Below, piece after piece: positions 19,841-28,721 of a stretch of DNA of 64,000 bases. This DNA is from Candidatus Nomurabacteria bacterium (GTDB taxonomy: Bacteria; Patescibacteriota; Minisyncoccia; Phycocordibacterales; UBA9973). Position 1 is the first letter of the stretch. The number at the start of each line of letters is the position of its first letter. The notes beneath the pieces are model-generated. The model saw only the letters and a list, made by a program, of their open reading frames with translations. It was not told the DNA's origin and ran no database searches. Both the position numbers and the translations under genes were made by a program. The stretch lies in NCBI GenBank assembly GCA_023267375.1, contig JAHFNJ010000001.1:85878-149877 (forward strand), read 5' to 3'.

Positions 19841-21490
19841 CTAAGAAATTTCTCGTTGGTAGCAATCAATACAGGCGATCTTCTGATAGCCCCATGATTT
19901 TGGATAGTATGCCACCACCTCCTTCGCACAGTACGTGCAGCTATACTGTTCCCCTTTAGTTTGACTCATCGGCAACAATCGCTCTTTCGTTCGCACATCA
20001 AAGTGTACTCGCGGTAACGCGATATTTTTCCGCCTTAAAAATTGCAATTCTGTCTCTGCAATATTGTATCTCCAACCAGTAACCGGACAGATAAGCGCCT
20101 GTTTTGGAAGTGATGGATCAGCATTGGTGACTAAATCAGGAAGTTCTGACGTAGGAATACCTTCTACTTTTTTACCCTCACCCTCTTCCCAATACCCTCC
20201 GCGTTCAGCTATATACTCTTTTGTTACCTCAGGGAAATAGACAGCTGCAGTTGAAAGATTGTACGGACACAATCCGAGTGAGTATGGCGGAAACTTTCCA
20301 TACTCTCCTCGTACTTTCATATCTGCAATTATTTTTTCTTTCAAAGCTTCATATTCTTCCTTTGTATATTCTTTATTCAAAATACTGTATTTTTTCTTTC
20401 GTAGTCCGACACATCCAAAACAGTAATCCACTTCCAAGCATTGGTCACAGTATTCACTATAACGAGCACCATCACACCAAATGGAATATTTAAGCTGATA
20501 CCCATTGGTACAACAGCTATTATTTCCAGAATTTTCTAGCGTCCAGCAACCAGTCAGATCGATTGCGTCTTTTGTCTTTAACCCACGAAGACAGTTGGTA
20601 CAATTTTCTGATTCTTCCCAGCAAAAAACATTTGTACAGTTATTACAATTAGACATGTACGTACCCGTAGAATTTGTAGTTTTAATATTAAAGTTCTCTC
20701 GATGAACTGCATTTGATTTCAGAAGTTCAGCATATTGTTTTTTATATTTCTCCAATTGAACATGGGAACCCAAGTTAATTCCCTTCATTTTTTCTTCATA
20801 CTCTTCTTTAGTGTATTGTATATTTTCAATGCAGTATGACTTTCCTCTCAGATTCCAGCTCATAAAACAGTGCTGGCAGTTACGACAATCAAATAAAAAT
20901 GCACTTTCTATGCAATCTCTACAGTTCCTTGAAAAAAGAAGGCTATAGGAATTGAAACAGTACCCACAGTCATAGCATTGATCGAGCGTAAATACATGCG
21001 AAATGTCCGCTGAGTCTTTGCAATCCATGGCACGATAGCCATAGAGAAGATTCTCTGATCTTGCTATCGAACGAGAAAGGTAGCAATTTTTGGAATCCCA
21101 GGCATCATCAGCCCATTCACAGCCGACACTATTAGTCCCCATTTGATGGGGACGTGGCACTTTCTCTTGCAGTTCTTTGAGTTGCTCAAAAAACGGTCGA
21201 CTGGAATCATAGTCTTGTCCGTAGCTCATTGGATCCCAGGCATCACTCCACCATTCTTTGGCAGTATAGATAGGATAACGTGGATTTTCTGGCAATACTG
21301 TAATAAATTTTTCCCCAGAAAGACTAGAGGTACCTGCACGGAATTTACCAAACGGCCAGAAGGCAAAATGGTGTTTCCAACGACATGGAACACAGATATC
21401 AGGAACTTCAATCCCGACTTTTTCGTACATGCCACTCTCTCTGTCAGTTATATCAAATCCTACCTTACAATAGGCGCAGGTCTTTTGCAT
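19841..21490 (-). CDS. Cys-rich zinc-ribbon/solenoid protein, paralogue 5 (most diverged)
   Basis: WWSDAWDP..YGQDYD.SRPFFEQ, CFGCVGLRKKKY, ACIDCYQRE. Confidence 0.85.
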   Translation of the reverse strand: MQKTCAYCKVGFDITDRESGMYEKVGIEVPDICVPCRWKHHFAFWPFGKFRAGTSSLSGEKFITVLPENPRYPIYTAKEWWSDAWDPMSYGQDYDSSRPFFEQLKELQEKVPRPHQMGTNSVGCEWADDAWDSKNCYLSRSIARSENLLYGYRAMDCKDSADISHVFTLDQCYDCGYCFNSYSLLFSRNCRDCIESAFLFDCRNCQHCFMSWNLRGKSYCIENIQYTKEEYEEKMKGINLGSHVQLEKYKKQYAELLKSNAVHRENFNIKTTNSTGTYMSNCNNCTNVFCWEESENCTNCLRGLKTKDAIDLTGCWTLENSGNNSCCTNGYQLKYSIWCDGARYSEYCDQCLEVDYCFGCVGLRKKKYSILNKEYTKEEYEALKEKIIADMKVRGEYGKFPPYSLGLCPYNLSTAAVYFPEVTKEYIAERGGYWEEGEGKKVEGIPTSELPDLVTNADPSLPKQALICPVTGWRYNIAETELQFLRRKNIALPRVHFDVRTKERLLPMSQTKGEQYSCTYCAKEVVAYYPKSWGYQKIACIDCYQREIS

Positions 21491-21542
21491 AGCGAAATTG
21501 TAGCAGTTTTGAGCTAGGGAACAAAGGTCATATAATGCATTT

Positions 21543-22346
21543 ATGCTTACCTTCTATAAATACCACGGGGCTGGAAATGACTTCGTTGTCATAGACAACC
21601 GAGATCTTTCATTTGATAGGGCCGACAGCAAGCTAGTCCAACAGATCTGCCACCGTCGATTTGGTATTGGCGCAGATGGAATGCTCCTCCTTCAAAATCA
21701 CCCTGAATATGATTTTGAAATGATTTATATCAACTCTGATGGCTCCTACGGCGCAATGTGCGGCAACGGAGGACGATGTATCGTTTCTTTTGCTGAGAAG
21801 CTGGGAATTATCAAAAATCCAAAAGAAATAAAATTCCTGGCAGCCGACGGCCTACACGAAGCGGAACTTTTAGAAAATAACATGGTACGCCTAAAGATGG
21901 CGGATGTTTCAGCTATTAGTGAACGTAACGGTCTTCCCTTCCTCTATTCAGGAACAACCCCGCACCACATTCAGCAAGTCGTAAACCTAGAAACATTTCC
22001 TGTGGTCGCCGAAGCACAGAAGGTACGTGAGAAAAATGGTGACGCTCATGGCGTAAACGTAAACTATGTCGAGAAAAAGGGAGATATTTTTCATGTCCGA
22101 ACCTATGAGCGCGGAGTGGAAGATGAAACACTTGCCTGTGGCACGGGCGCAACATCAGTAGCTATTTATCTCGCAAACCAAAATATGCTGGGAGGTAATA
22201 CTGCGACTATTAAGATGCCTGGCGGAACACTCGAGGTCAGTTTTCAAAAAGAAAATGACGGCACCTATAAAAATATATGGCTTCTCGGACCAGCATCATT
22301 TGTTCTCAAAGGAGAATGGAACAATGAAAATACGTATGTAGTATAA
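21543..22346 (+). CDS. dapF: Diaminopimelate epimerase
   Basis: KYHGAGNDF, GIGADG, MCGNG, RTYERGVEDETLACGTG; both catalytic Cys present. Confidence 0.93.
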   Translation: MLTFYKYHGAGNDFVVIDNRDLSFDRADSKLVQQICHRRFGIGADGMLLLQNHPEYDFEMIYINSDGSYGAMCGNGGRCIVSFAEKLGIIKNPKEIKFLAADGLHEAELLENNMVRLKMADVSAISERNGLPFLYSGTTPHHIQQVVNLETFPVVAEAQKVREKNGDAHGVNVNYVEKKGDIFHVRTYERGVEDETLACGTGATSVAIYLANQNMLGGNTATIKMPGGTLEVSFQKENDGTYKNIWLLGPASFVLKGEWNNENTYVV

Positions 22347-22347
22347 G

Positions 22348-23808
22348 TTAGATTAACGGCTCAGCGTTTTCTTCTACTTTCACTTCTGCTTTTACTTCTC
22401 CGCGTCCTTTACCAGTAATCGCGGCCTTTTCTTGGGCGCTGCGGATAATGGTGGATTCTTCCTCTTCAATAAGTTTTCTCGCCATGTCCATCGGAATGGA
22501 ATATTTTTTACGAGAAGCTTCAACAATGCGCTCACGGTACGATGGATGCGGTGGCGGTAATACTTTCAATGTTTCAGCAGAAAACGGATCGTACGATTCC
22601 CCATCGATTGTCATCTTGATAAAAAATTCGCCGATACCCAAGTTGATCATATCTTTTACATCGAATACTGGCGCAAATTCAGGCTTCAATTTTACGGCAT
22701 CGTCACCACCCACGCGGAAGGAAATGATCGAACCGACGTTACCGAGCACCGCCGCCTGCACCTTTGGAAGCAATTGACCGACGTATTGATGTGCCACGGT
22801 CAGATTCAATCCATACTTACGCGCCTCAGAGAGAATGTTTTCAAATGTATCAGTCACGATGTTTTGAAACTCGTCTACGTAAATATAAAAATCATCACGC
22901 TTGTCATGAGCAATTTTGGCGCGCGCCATTCCAGCTTGTTTGATTTTCGTGACAAACATCGAACCAAAGAAGCTTGAATTTTCTTCACCGATCTTTCCTT
23001 TTGAAAGGTTGATGAAAATGAGTTTCTTCGAATTCATAAGCTTTTCAATATCAATTTTGTTTTCTTTCTGTCCGAAGATGTTGCGAAGCATTGGGTCAGA
23101 GAGAAATTGTCCAAGTTTGTTCACAAGCGGAATGATCGCGTCCGTATCAAATTTTTCAGACCAGTCAGCAAATTCGATTGCCCAAAAGCGCTTCACCATA
23201 TCGTCTTCGATATATTCCACCACCTTTTGACGGTAGTTACGATCAGTCAACATCGAAATCATGCCGCGCATGGTAGCGTGCGGATAGTCGAGGAGTGCGA
23301 GCACAGTAAAACGAAATACGTGCTCAAGACGCGGCGTCCAGTTCGCACCGAATTGCTTTTCCATCACTTCAATGAGACCTTGGGTCAATTGGTGTTTGAA
23401 TGTTGGATCAACGTTTGCAAGCGGGTTGAATGACACTGGATATTCATAGTCAGATGGATCAATGATACAGACGTCATCAATACGCTCCTCGGGAACGAAC
23501 GCAAGAATATCTTCAATCGCTTCACCGTGCGGATCGACAAGGCAGAGTCCATGACCATACGCGATGTCTTGGCGAATCATGAGTTCCAATAGTTTTGACT
23601 TACCAACACCAGACTTACCGATGATATAGAGGTGACGACGGCGATCAACACGCTTTATGCCGAAGATAAATTTCTTTTCTTCGAGCGCTGCAACGTAGTT
23701 TGTACGTCCAATAAACGAAATTTCCTCAGGTCGAACCTGCCCATGAATCGGTAGTTCTGGTGGCGGAGACGCGTATTTGATTATTTGGATTTTATTGGCT
23801 CGAGCCAT
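22348..23808 (-). CDS. Second VirD4/TraD-like ATPase (core domain only)
   Basis: GKSGVGKS, VDPHGE, YVDEFQN, EARKYGL; clearly paralogous to 9476-11944. Confidence 0.88.
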   Translation of the reverse strand: MARANKIQIIKYASPPPELPIHGQVRPEEISFIGRTNYVAALEEKKFIFGIKRVDRRRHLYIIGKSGVGKSKLLELMIRQDIAYGHGLCLVDPHGEAIEDILAFVPEERIDDVCIIDPSDYEYPVSFNPLANVDPTFKHQLTQGLIEVMEKQFGANWTPRLEHVFRFTVLALLDYPHATMRGMISMLTDRNYRQKVVEYIEDDMVKRFWAIEFADWSEKFDTDAIIPLVNKLGQFLSDPMLRNIFGQKENKIDIEKLMNSKKLIFINLSKGKIGEENSSFFGSMFVTKIKQAGMARAKIAHDKRDDFYIYVDEFQNIVTDTFENILSEARKYGLNLTVAHQYVGQLLPKVQAAVLGNVGSIISFRVGGDDAVKLKPEFAPVFDVKDMINLGIGEFFIKMTIDGESYDPFSAETLKVLPPPHPSYRERIVEASRKKYSIPMDMARKLIEEEESTIIRSAQEKAAITGKGRGEVKAEVKVEENAEPLI

Positions 23809-25616
23809 TATTCGTCATTATACTCCATTTTTTCCTTTTTCTCACTGCCGTTTCCAGCCAAGAAACCACCGGCCTGCATGTCCCAGAGCTTTTTATACAG
23901 ACTCTCCTTTTTCTTGAGCAATTTTGCGTGCGACCCTTCTTCGATGATTACCCCTTGCTCAAGGACGACAATCCGATCCATTTTTTGAATGGTACTCAAC
24001 CGGTGCGCAATAACGAGCGTTGTCCTCCCTTTCATAAGCTCCACAAATGCTTCCTGAATATACGACTCACTGACACTATCAAGTGAACTAGTCGCTTCAT
24101 CAAGAATAAGGATTGGTGAATTTTTTAACATCGCTCGAGCAATAGCCACGCGCTGACGTTCTCCGCCAGAGAGCTTTACCCCACGCTCACCAACCAACGT
24201 ATCGTACCCATGCGGAAGCTGTAAAATAAATTCATGTGCATGCGCTTTCTTGGCAACCGTTTCAATTTCTTCATTCGTTGCGCCAGGGTTGCCGTAGGCA
24301 ATATTTTCACGGATCGTTCGATGGAACAAAATTGCTTCCTGTGGCACATAGGAAATAGCCCCACGTAGATCATCTTGGGTCACATTCCGTATATCTTGAC
24401 CATCAATGGTAATAGAACCGGCAGTCACATCGGCAAAGCGAAGCAAGAGTTTTGTGATTGTCGACTTACCTGCACCAGAATGACCGACGAGACCGATCCG
24501 TTCACCAGGTTTGATCTCAAGATTGAAATTGTTAAATACTGACACGCCATCCTTGTAAATGAACGAAATATTCTTGAATTTTATGCACCCACCATTCATT
24601 GTAATTGGCTCAGGGTGCACGGGGTCAGCAATATCAATTGGCTGATCGAAAATATCAGTAATCTCTTTTACGTCGGTCACCGATTTTACAAAACGTGTCA
24701 TTGCTTTAGATAAATTCCAAAGACGGTCAAATAGATTGAGCATATAGGTTTCAACCAACACAAATACGCCAGTTGATACAGCCCCCTCAACCCACCCATG
24801 CGCCATTTTATACAAGATAAAAATATGGATACCGACCATCAGTAAACTTTGCACACCATCTGAAACATTCCCTAAATACCATGACTTATTTCTCGCAATA
24901 AACTCACTACTTGTAATTGTCTTATAGTGGATAATTTCTCTATCACGAGCAGAAAATATTTTTATACTAAAAATATTTGAGAGCGCATCAGCTAAACTTC
25001 CCCCTACTTTTGAATCTGCGGCAGCTTCAAGCAAGTCAAATTTTATTTTGTAACGAATAAAGAAAAGTGTGATGACAACGTATATGATAGTCCACACAAC
25101 AAAGCCAACAGCAATACTGGGAGCTTTTATAAACAAAATGATAAAAACACCAATTACCGATAGAAATGTGGTGTAAAAATCCCACGTAAAAACATCATGC
25201 ATTGCTTCAAAACCTCGAACAAAACGTTTTGCTTTTGAAACCAAGCTCCCAGAAAACTGATTAGTAAAAAAACTGTACGAGTGTTTTGTTAATTTTTCAA
25301 AAGCATAATTGTGCAATTCACGTATTGTATTACTTTGAAAATACGTAGTAGTAAAACCACCAATTCTTCCAAGGACAAAACCTGCAACAAGACTCATCGA
25401 CATCAAAAAAATAAGGTATGTCAATTCTTGTGTGTAGACTATTCGATCTACTCCGGCACCTGAAAGCAGGTCAATTATTTTTTGTAACAGGAGCGGTGGA
25501 AGAATACCCAACGATAATACCCTTAAAAAATACACGACATAAAGTGACCAGAAAGAAACTGGGTATTTTCTAATGTGGGGCCAAATATGATTGAGGATTT
25601 TTTTAAATGAAAACAT
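23808..25616 (-). CDS. ABC exporter, fused permease/ATPase
   Basis: N-terminal TM domain, GHSGAGKS, LSGGERQR, ILDEATS, IAHRLST; TAATG overlap with the ATPase gene. Confidence 0.92.
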   Translation of the reverse strand: MFSFKKILNHIWPHIRKYPVSFWSLYVVYFLRVLSLGILPPLLLQKIIDLLSGAGVDRIVYTQELTYLIFLMSMSLVAGFVLGRIGGFTTTYFQSNTIRELHNYAFEKLTKHSYSFFTNQFSGSLVSKAKRFVRGFEAMHDVFTWDFYTTFLSVIGVFIILFIKAPSIAVGFVVWTIIYVVITLFFIRYKIKFDLLEAAADSKVGGSLADALSNIFSIKIFSARDREIIHYKTITSSEFIARNKSWYLGNVSDGVQSLLMVGIHIFILYKMAHGWVEGAVSTGVFVLVETYMLNLFDRLWNLSKAMTRFVKSVTDVKEITDIFDQPIDIADPVHPEPITMNGGCIKFKNISFIYKDGVSVFNNFNLEIKPGERIGLVGHSGAGKSTITKLLLRFADVTAGSITIDGQDIRNVTQDDLRGAISYVPQEAILFHRTIRENIAYGNPGATNEEIETVAKKAHAHEFILQLPHGYDTLVGERGVKLSGGERQRVAIARAMLKNSPILILDEATSSLDSVSESYIQEAFVELMKGRTTLVIAHRLSTIQKMDRIVVLEQGVIIEEGSHAKLLKKKESLYKKLWDMQAGGFLAGNGSEKKEKMEYNDE

Positions 25617-25626
25617 TTGAAATGTG

Positions 25627-25699
25627 TGGACCGTACCGGACTCGAACCGGTCACCTCATCCATGCCATGGATGCACTCTACCAGATGAGCTAACGGCCC
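25627..25699 (-). tRNA. tRNA-Ala(GGC)
   Basis: Cloverleaf GGGCCGTTAGCTCATCTGGTAGAG...CATCC-ATGGCAT-GGATG...GGTTCGAGTCC; CCA not encoded. Confidence 0.95.
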
Positions 25700-25829
25700 A
25701 GAGCATCAGCAATCATTATACCGAAAAACCTTTAAAAATAAAGATTTTGTGACTTAGTTTTATTTGACATTTTATAAAATATAGTGTATGATGCGAAAAA
25801 ATTAACTTCATTAAAAACCTACTGACACT

Positions 25830-26873
25830 ATGAAAAAAGTTATTGTTATTATGACAACGCTCATATTCTTTATTACGAATGCCTACGGCTACGTAGAAAA
25901 GAAAAACTTGAGCAAGTGGGACAAAAAACGTCCTGTACGAAAGACAACTCAACTGATCGTTCTTCACACAACAGAGGCGGAGAATGGATCATCATTGAAC
26001 TCTGTGACCAAGCAAGGGACATGCAACTATCTTGTTGAAACTGATGGTACTGTATACAACATCATACAACACAACAAGGTAGCAAAACATGCCGGCCGAA
26101 GTATGTGGAATGGAATGATGAATGTATCAAATTTCTCAATCGGTATTGAAGTGGTTGGTGATCATGACGAAAAACCAACTACCGCACAGCTTGCATCGCT
26201 AAAAACGTTGCTGGCAAAATTACAGAAGCTCTATCGACTCTCTGATAAAGCAGTCGTAACACATTGCATGGTTGCATACGGTACGCCAAACAAGTGGTTC
26301 TCTAAAAAACACCGCGGGAGAAAACGGTGTGCCATGCTGTTTACCACTCAAGACATCCGCATGAAAATGGGGCTAGATAATGTCTTTACGATTGATCCGG
26401 ATGTGCAAGCAAAACGATTAATTAATGCTGATGAATTTTTGGCGACACTCATCTATGTGACGCATGGATATGCCAAAAAAGAAGAAACCAAGCCAATCAA
26501 GACGCTACCGCAACCCGAGGTTGATGATGATTTTGAAGGATTCAGAGAAATCGGGTCTGAAGGAGTCTACTCGTTTGCTGGTGAAGAGTATGATGCAGCA
26601 ACAACCATTTATTTCTTAACCGACGGAAAAATAAAGACAGGAAAAGAACTGCAGCAAGCAGAGTTCACATCGCTTTCCAAAGGGACGAAGGTGCTTGTCG
26701 GTTATGTTTATGGTGGAAAGATAAATCAGCATCGAAGTGCGTACAACATTGTTGGGGCTGACTGGGATCTTCCTTCAACCTACTATCGTTTCCCTGATGG
26801 GAAAATATATACTGGCGATGACGTTGATAACTTTAAGTTGCCAATAGGTACCATAGTGTTGTTTAGGAAGTAA
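25830..26873 (+). CDS. Secreted N-acetylmuramoyl-L-alanine amidase (Amidase_2 type) with a duplicated C-terminal module
   Basis: Signal peptide; IVLHTTE, AKHAGRSMWNG, SIGIEVVG, VVTH. Confidence 0.8.
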   Translation: MKKVIVIMTTLIFFITNAYGYVEKKNLSKWDKKRPVRKTTQLIVLHTTEAENGSSLNSVTKQGTCNYLVETDGTVYNIIQHNKVAKHAGRSMWNGMMNVSNFSIGIEVVGDHDEKPTTAQLASLKTLLAKLQKLYRLSDKAVVTHCMVAYGTPNKWFSKKHRGRKRCAMLFTTQDIRMKMGLDNVFTIDPDVQAKRLINADEFLATLIYVTHGYAKKEETKPIKTLPQPEVDDDFEGFREIGSEGVYSFAGEEYDAATTIYFLTDGKIKTGKELQQAEFTSLSKGTKVLVGYVYGGKINQHRSAYNIVGADWDLPSTYYRFPDGKIYTGDDVDNFKLPIGTIVLFRK

Positions 26874-26956
26874 TCACAATCGTTTTTAAAAAAGAGTGCC
26901 TGCCCCGTATTGTATGGTGGCGGGCACTTTTCTTTTGTATTGTGTATACTTTCGCT

Positions 26957-27397
26957 ATGGATATCGATCTGAAAAAAATACTCTCTGATATGGATGCTGC
27001 GATCCTCTATCAACCTATCGGCGATGAAATTGATATAACTATCATTCCTTTTTTAAAAATACAAGATTCCGTCACCGTACCGGCTGATAAAAATGCTGAC
27101 CCATTTTACTGGGCAGAAAAATGTATAGAAAAATACAACGGCAAAAAAGTGTGTATTGTCATCCCCGGTAGAAAGTTTGATATGCATGGTACCCGCCACG
27201 GCAAAGGCGGTGGCTGGTATGATCGTTTTCTCTCCAAAATTCCAAGAGAGTGGTTACGCATCGGTATTGCAACAAAAGAGCACTTCTCCTCTACTCCCCT
27301 GGCCAGAAACGAATGGGATGAACCGATGGATTATGTGGTGGTGCAAAACAGTGACTCTTGGGAAATATACAAAACTGATGTGCGTGGTCAGGAATAA
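26957..27397 (+). CDS. 5-formyltetrahydrofolate cyclo-ligase family protein (short form)
   Basis: VIPG..FD..G.R.G.GGGWYDRFL and WDEPMDYVV motifs; start at ATG 26957. Confidence 0.85.
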   Translation: MDIDLKKILSDMDAAILYQPIGDEIDITIIPFLKIQDSVTVPADKNADPFYWAEKCIEKYNGKKVCIVIPGRKFDMHGTRHGKGGGWYDRFLSKIPREWLRIGIATKEHFSSTPLARNEWDEPMDYVVVQNSDSWEIYKTDVRGQE

Positions 27398-27504
27398 TTT
27401 TCTCGCCGTCGCAAGAAAATTTTCACGACCCTGGCTCGAGAGTTTTATCTGTGGTCACAAATATTTTACTTGCCGTCGCAAGTAAAATTTCGCGACCCCG
27501 GCTC
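27386..27504. repeat. Two tandem 52-bp palindromic repeats downstream of tRNA-Ala(TGC)
   Basis: Copies at 27386-27437 and 27453-27504, each a long hairpin closed by GC-CGTC-GC, with differing but still paired arms. Confidence 0.85.
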
Positions 27505-27587
27505 AGCATTCGCACAGTAGTGCGAATATGCTTCCGCCTTCCACAAAATCACAAAACCTGCCGCGGGGCAGGTTGTTGTGTATTTTG

Positions 27588-27660
27588 TGGACCCTATCGG
27601 ATTCGAACCGATGACCTCCTCATTGCAAATGAGGCGCTCTACCAACTAAGCTAAGGGCCC
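27588..27660 (-). tRNA. tRNA-Ala(TGC)
   Basis: Cloverleaf GGGCCCTTAGCTTAGTTGGTAGAGCG-CCTCA-TTTGCAA-TGAGG...GGTTCGAATCC. Confidence 0.95.
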
Positions 27661-27686
27661 AAGCAACCAACGACGCATATTCTACC

Positions 27687-28682
27687 TTATTTACCTTTAA
27701 TTGCAAGCGTCAGCACATGATCCACAAATTCTGGAAATGATGATCCGACAGAGGTGATCATTTTTGGAAAGAGAGATTCTGAGGTCAAGCCTGGCAACGC
27801 ATTTACTTCCAAGAAGTAAATCCCCCGCTTCGGATGGATGATAAAATCTGAGCGAGAATAGTGCCGCAGATCAAGTGCAGCATGTACCGCACGTGCAAGG
27901 TCTTCAAGCTGCTTGCGTTCTTCATGAGTAAATCGTCCGGGAGAAATTTCTTGCGTCTCACCGCTATATTTTCCTTCATAGTCCCAAATGCCTTTTGGTT
28001 TTACAATTTCGATCGGCAAAAAAGCATAGTGGCGGTCGTTACGGAAACGATCAATGATTCCAACCGTCGCTTCCCTACCTTCAATATATTCTTCAATCAA
28101 AATATCATCTGAAAGTTGCGAAAGATTTAAAAATGCGTCATAGAGCTCATGTATCGTTCTTGCCAAAAAAGTCGCGATCGATGAACCACCTGATACTGGT
28201 TTCAATACCCACGGTGGGGACATTTTTTCATAGACTTCCCGAGATTTTCTATTCGCATACTCTTCACGAGAACCATCGAACACCTCGTTGTAGTGCGCCA
28301 CCATAAAATGAGATGGCGTTTTGATACCAAGATGCTGTATCGCCTGCTTCGTATTAATTTTGTGCATGGAGAGCGCGGAAGCCAATGGACCTGAACCCGT
28401 ATACGGAACACCTAGTGATTCTAAAAGTTGTTGTATCTTTCCATCCTCACCATAGAGACCATGCAGACCGTTCCAAATGACATCAACGCTTTCACGCAAT
28501 TTTTCTGCTGTAACCGGACGGCCATTTACATGGAGTGCGCCCTCGGTATCAATAAGAATATCCACCGGCTTATATTTGTCAGATAATTTTTCACGAAGTG
28601 CACTTAAAACAGCACCCCCTGTTTGGATAGAGATAGGATACTCCAAGCTTACACCGCCGCGCATGACACCGACTTTGATCAT
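27687..28682 (-). CDS. ddl: D-alanine--D-alanine ligase
   Basis: GGVSLEY..S, LHG.YGEDG, PYTGSG, KP..GGSS, LEVNALPGLT..S. Confidence 0.93.
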   Translation of the reverse strand: MIKVGVMRGGVSLEYPISIQTGGAVLSALREKLSDKYKPVDILIDTEGALHVNGRPVTAEKLRESVDVIWNGLHGLYGEDGKIQQLLESLGVPYTGSGPLASALSMHKINTKQAIQHLGIKTPSHFMVAHYNEVFDGSREEYANRKSREVYEKMSPPWVLKPVSGGSSIATFLARTIHELYDAFLNLSQLSDDILIEEYIEGREATVGIIDRFRNDRHYAFLPIEIVKPKGIWDYEGKYSGETQEISPGRFTHEERKQLEDLARAVHAALDLRHYSRSDFIIHPKRGIYFLEVNALPGLTSESLFPKMITSVGSSFPEFVDHVLTLAIKGK

Positions 28683-28688
28683 GGAATA

Positions 28689-28717
28689 AGTATACCGTAT
28701 AAAGTAATAGGTATGAA
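28689..28717 (-). promoter_or_regulatory. Sigma70-type promoter of ddl built from heptamer repeats
   Basis: TTCATA-17-TATACT ending 6 nt before the ddl ATG. Confidence 0.55.
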
Positions 28718-28721
28718 GTAT

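Noticed and set aside
11984-21490. Diversity-generating retroelement acting on the paralogue array
   Set aside because: No reverse transcriptase in the window and no near-identical TR/VR pair with adenine-specific differences seen; the paralogues are deeply diverged
9476-23808. Conjugative element/ICE
   Set aside because: No relaxase, VirB4/VirB-type genes, integrase or bounding att repeats
27386-27504. CRISPR array
   Set aside because: Only two 52-bp imperfect units with a 15-nt gap, and no cas genes
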